This document shows positions 35,233 through 37,787 of a stretch of DNA of 37,787 bases, piece by piece. The notes under the pieces are model-generated. The model did not search any database, was not told where the DNA came from, and saw only the letters and a program-made list of their open reading frames with translations. The translations under genes were made by a program, and so were the position numbers. The stretch lies in assembly GCA_031292465.1 (NCBI GenBank), contig JARLHB010000258.1:1-37787 (forward strand), written 5' to 3'. The first letter of the stretch is position 1. Every line of letters begins with the position of its first letter. Source of the stretch: Ignavibacteriaceae bacterium (GTDB taxonomy: Bacteria > Bacteroidota > Ignavibacteria > Ignavibacteriales > Ignavibacteriaceae).

Positions 35233-35293
35233 ATAAAATACAGAATTAATTATTAACATTTTTATGATAATATAAATCGGAGGAAAGGAAAAA

Positions 35294-37787
35294 ATGGCTA
35301 AACAACCTAAATATGTTTATTTTTTCGGAAATAAAAAAGCCGAAGGCAAGGCCGAGATGAAGAATCTTCTTGGCGGTAAAGGCGCTAATCTTGCAGAGAT
35401 GGTAAATATAGGTTTACCTGTACCAGCCGGGTTCACTATTACTACTGAAGTATGCACTGCATATTATGATAATAAGAAAAAATATCCCAAAGAATTAAAT
35501 CCACAGTTGCTTGCTGCTTTAAAGAAAACCGAAGCGACAATGGGTGCAAAATTTGGTGATGCAAAGAATCCATTACTTGTTTCAGTAAGAAGCGGTGCAA
35601 GAGCTTCTATGCCGGGTATGATGGAAACAATTCTTAATGTCGGCCTTAACAATGTAACACGCGAAGCATTGATTGCAAAAACAGGCAACCCGCGCTTTGT
35701 TTATGATTCACATCGCCGCTTAATCCAAATGTACTCTGATGTAGTTATGGAAAAGGCAGCAGGAATTGAACCTGAAGAAGGCCAGGGAGTACGCCAACAG
35801 CTTGAAGGCGAACTGCACAAAATGAAAGTAGCCCGCGGTGCTAAGAACGATACGGATTTATCAGCGGACGATCTTAAAGAATTGATCGAAATTTACAAAG
35901 CTAAGGTTAAAGAAGTTCTTGGAAAACCTTTCCCTGAAGATCCTATGGAACAATTATTTGGCGCTATAGCGGCAGTTTTCCAGAGTTGGATGGGAAGGCG
36001 TGCAATTTCTTACAGAAGATTTGAAGGTATTCCGGATGATTGGGGTACTGCTGTAAACGTTCAGTCCATGGTTTTCGGTAATATGGGCGATTCATCTGCT
36101 ACAGGCGTTGCATTTACACGTAACCCTGCTACAGGCGAAAATTATTTCTATGGTGAATGGTTGACCAATGCTCAGGGCGAAGACGTTGTTGCCGGTATCA
36201 GAACTCCTAATCCAATTAATGAAGTTGGAAAGAGCGAACATACCCAGCACCTGGTTTCTCTTGAAGTTGCAATGCCGAAGGTTTACAAAGAACTAAATAA
36301 GATAGAGCATTTACTTGAAAAGCATTATCATGATATGCTTGACATAGAATTTACAATTCAGGATGGTAAACTTTACATGCTTCAGTGCCGCGTTGGTAAG
36401 AGAAACGGGCCTGCCGCTGTAAAAATGGCTCTTGATATGTTAAAAGAAAGATTAATTACAAAAGAAGACGCTGTAATGCGCGTTCAGCCTGCCCAGCTTG
36501 ATGAACTTTTGCATCCTATTATCGACCCTGCTGCAGAGAAAAAAATTCCTGTAATTGCAAAAGGTTTGCCTGCAGGTCCCGGCGGAGCAAGCGGACAAGT
36601 TGTATTCTCAGCAGCAGATGCTGTTGCATGGCAAAAAGAAGGTAAAAGAGTTATCCTGGTTCGTGAAGAAACAAATCCTGAAGACATTGAAGGAATGCGT
36701 GCTGCCGAAGCTGTATTAACAGGCCGCGGCGGTATGACGTCTCATGCTGCACTTGTTGCACGCGGATGGGGCAAATGTTGTATCGTAGGAGCAGGAACAA
36801 TTAAAATTAATTATTCTGAAAAATATTTTACAGCCGGCGATGTAACTGTTAAAGAAGGCGAATGGCTTACACTTAACGGTTCAAAGGGAACAGTTTACCA
36901 GGGTGAACTTCCTATGAAAAAAGCTGCTGAAGAAAATCCTGATTTTGCTGCCTTTATGAAGATATGCGATCAGGTGAAAAAATTAAAAATCAGAACAAAC
37001 GCAGATACACCAGAAGATGCTGCAAGAGCACGTGCATTCGGTGCTGAAGGTATCGGCCTTTTCAGAACAGAACACATGTTTTACGGATTAAATGCTGAAG
37101 AACCATTATTTAAACTTCGTAAAATGATTGTTTCCAAAACTGAGGCTGAAAGAAGAAGCGCATTGGATGAACTCTTTCCTTTTGCAAAGGCAAGCCTAAA
37201 GGGAACTTTGGCGGCTATGGACGGTTACGGCGTTACAGTAAGAACGCTCGATCCTCCATTGCATGAATTTGTTCCTACAAGAATGGATGAAAGAGAAAAA
37301 TTAGCATCAAGCCTTGGAATTTCTCTTGAAGAATTAAATAAACGTGCAGAAGCATTGCATGAAAATAACCCAATGATGGGACACCGGGGTGTTCGCCTTG
37401 GTATTACTTATCCTGAAGTTACCGAAATGCAGGTACGTGCTGTGTTTGAAGCAACTGCAGAATTATTGAAAGAAGGAAAGAAACCTTTCCCTGAAATCAT
37501 GATTCCTGTAACATGTACAGTTAACGAAATCAAAGATCAGTATGAAATTGTTACTAAAGTTCACGCTGAAGTTTGCAAGAAATTTGGCCTAAAGAAAATT
37601 CCTCACTTAACAGGTACAATGATAGAGATACCGCGTGCTGCATTAACTGCAAATAAAATTGCAGAAGTTGCCCAGTTCTTCTCATTCGGTACAAACGATT
37701 TAACTCAAATGGGCTTTGGATTCTCACGTGATGATATAGGCTCGTTCCTGCCTGATTATCTTGAAAAGAAGATATTACCTGAAGATC
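35294..37787 (+). CDS. ppdK: Pyruvate, phosphate dikinase; partial, C-terminal ~40-50 aa lie beyond the right edge
   Basis: Absent from the ORF track because it is open at the edge. A GGAGGA Shine-Dalgarno sequence lies upstream. The N-terminus reads MAKQPKYVYFFGNKKAEGKAEMKNLLGGKGANLAEM. The phosphohistidine motif GGMTSHAALVARGWGKCC is at about 36727-36780, and FSFGTNDLTQMGFGFSRDD is near the end. Confidence 0.95.
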   Translation, partial: MAKQPKYVYFFGNKKAEGKAEMKNLLGGKGANLAEMVNIGLPVPAGFTITTEVCTAYYDNKKKYPKELNPQLLAALKKTEATMGAKFGDAKNPLLVSVRSGARASMPGMMETILNVGLNNVTREALIAKTGNPRFVYDSHRRLIQMYSDVVMEKAAGIEPEEGQGVRQQLEGELHKMKVARGAKNDTDLSADDLKELIEIYKAKVKEVLGKPFPEDPMEQLFGAIAAVFQSWMGRRAISYRRFEGIPDDWGTAVNVQSMVFGNMGDSSATGVAFTRNPATGENYFYGEWLTNAQGEDVVAGIRTPNPINEVGKSEHTQHLVSLEVAMPKVYKELNKIEHLLEKHYHDMLDIEFTIQDGKLYMLQCRVGKRNGPAAVKMALDMLKERLITKEDAVMRVQPAQLDELLHPIIDPAAEKKIPVIAKGLPAGPGGASGQVVFSAADAVAWQKEGKRVILVREETNPEDIEGMRAAEAVLTGRGGMTSHAALVARGWGKCCIVGAGTIKINYSEKYFTAGDVTVKEGEWLTLNGSKGTVYQGELPMKKAAEENPDFAAFMKICDQVKKLKIRTNADTPEDAARARAFGAEGIGLFRTEHMFYGLNAEEPLFKLRKMIVSKTEAERRSALDELFPFAKASLKGTLAAMDGYGVTVRTLDPPLHEFVPTRMDEREKLASSLGISLEELNKRAEALHENNPMMGHRGVRLGITYPEVTEMQVRAVFEATAELLKEGKKPFPEIMIPVTCTVNEIKDQYEIVTKVHAEVCKKFGLKKIPHLTGTMIEIPRAALTANKIAEVAQFFSFGTNDLTQMGFGFSRDDIGSFLPDYLEKKILPED

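Noticed and set aside
35464-36687. Minus-strand ORFs 35464-35688 and 36484-36687
   Set aside because: Both are antisense to ppdK, which is unambiguous from its phosphohistidine and PEP-utilising motifs.
1-37787. CRISPR arrays, tRNA/rRNA genes, transposases/integrases, prophage or toxin-antitoxin/defence modules
   Set aside because: I scanned by eye for regularly spaced direct repeats, tRNA T-arm consensus (GGTTCGAATCC-like) and recombinase-like ORFs and found none. The only mobile-looking sequence is the non-autonomous palindromic repeat family.

Overview
This is a low-GC, densely coding chromosomal window, mostly housekeeping. The T9SS C-terminal sorting domain, the lipid A genes and the TAnnTTTG-type boxes suggest an FCB-group bacterium (Bacteroidota/Ignavibacteriota-like); this placement is inference. 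Two large genes run off the window edges and are missing from the supplied ORF track. One is a Ser/Thr kinase-P-loop NTPase-TPR gene (1-2235, minus). The other is pyruvate phosphate dikinase (35294-37787, plus). Left to right, the window holds a peptide-type ABC importer (SBP and two permeases on minus, two ATPases divergent on plus), ybaK, an unlisted 54-aa DUF4295-like gene, ogt, an Nfu-type Fe-S protein and a 638-bp spacer with a nested palindromic MITE-like element. Next come asparaginase, then a minus-strand run of murI, glnD, queF, queC, two tandem paralogous 7TM-PAS histidine kinases, a relic of a third kinase, and an MFS transporter. The right half holds tpiA, a GH2-like protein fused to a polytopic membrane domain, smc, a T9SS-sorted repeat protein, a HAD-IB phosphatase, an ICMT-family methyltransferase, lpxB-DUF374-lpxK and ppdK. 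I saw no CRISPR array, tRNA or rRNA gene, transposase, integrase or recognisable defence island. The best leads are: (1) the ATGA-coupled link between the peptide importer and the kinase-NTPase-TPR gene; (2) the GH2-like protein that appears to lack both catalytic glutamates; (3) the orphan kinase tandem with its relic; (4) the uncharacterised eight-repeat T9SS cargo; (5) a dispersed intergenic palindromic repeat family. All functional calls come from by-eye motif recognition and need HMM or BLAST confirmation.
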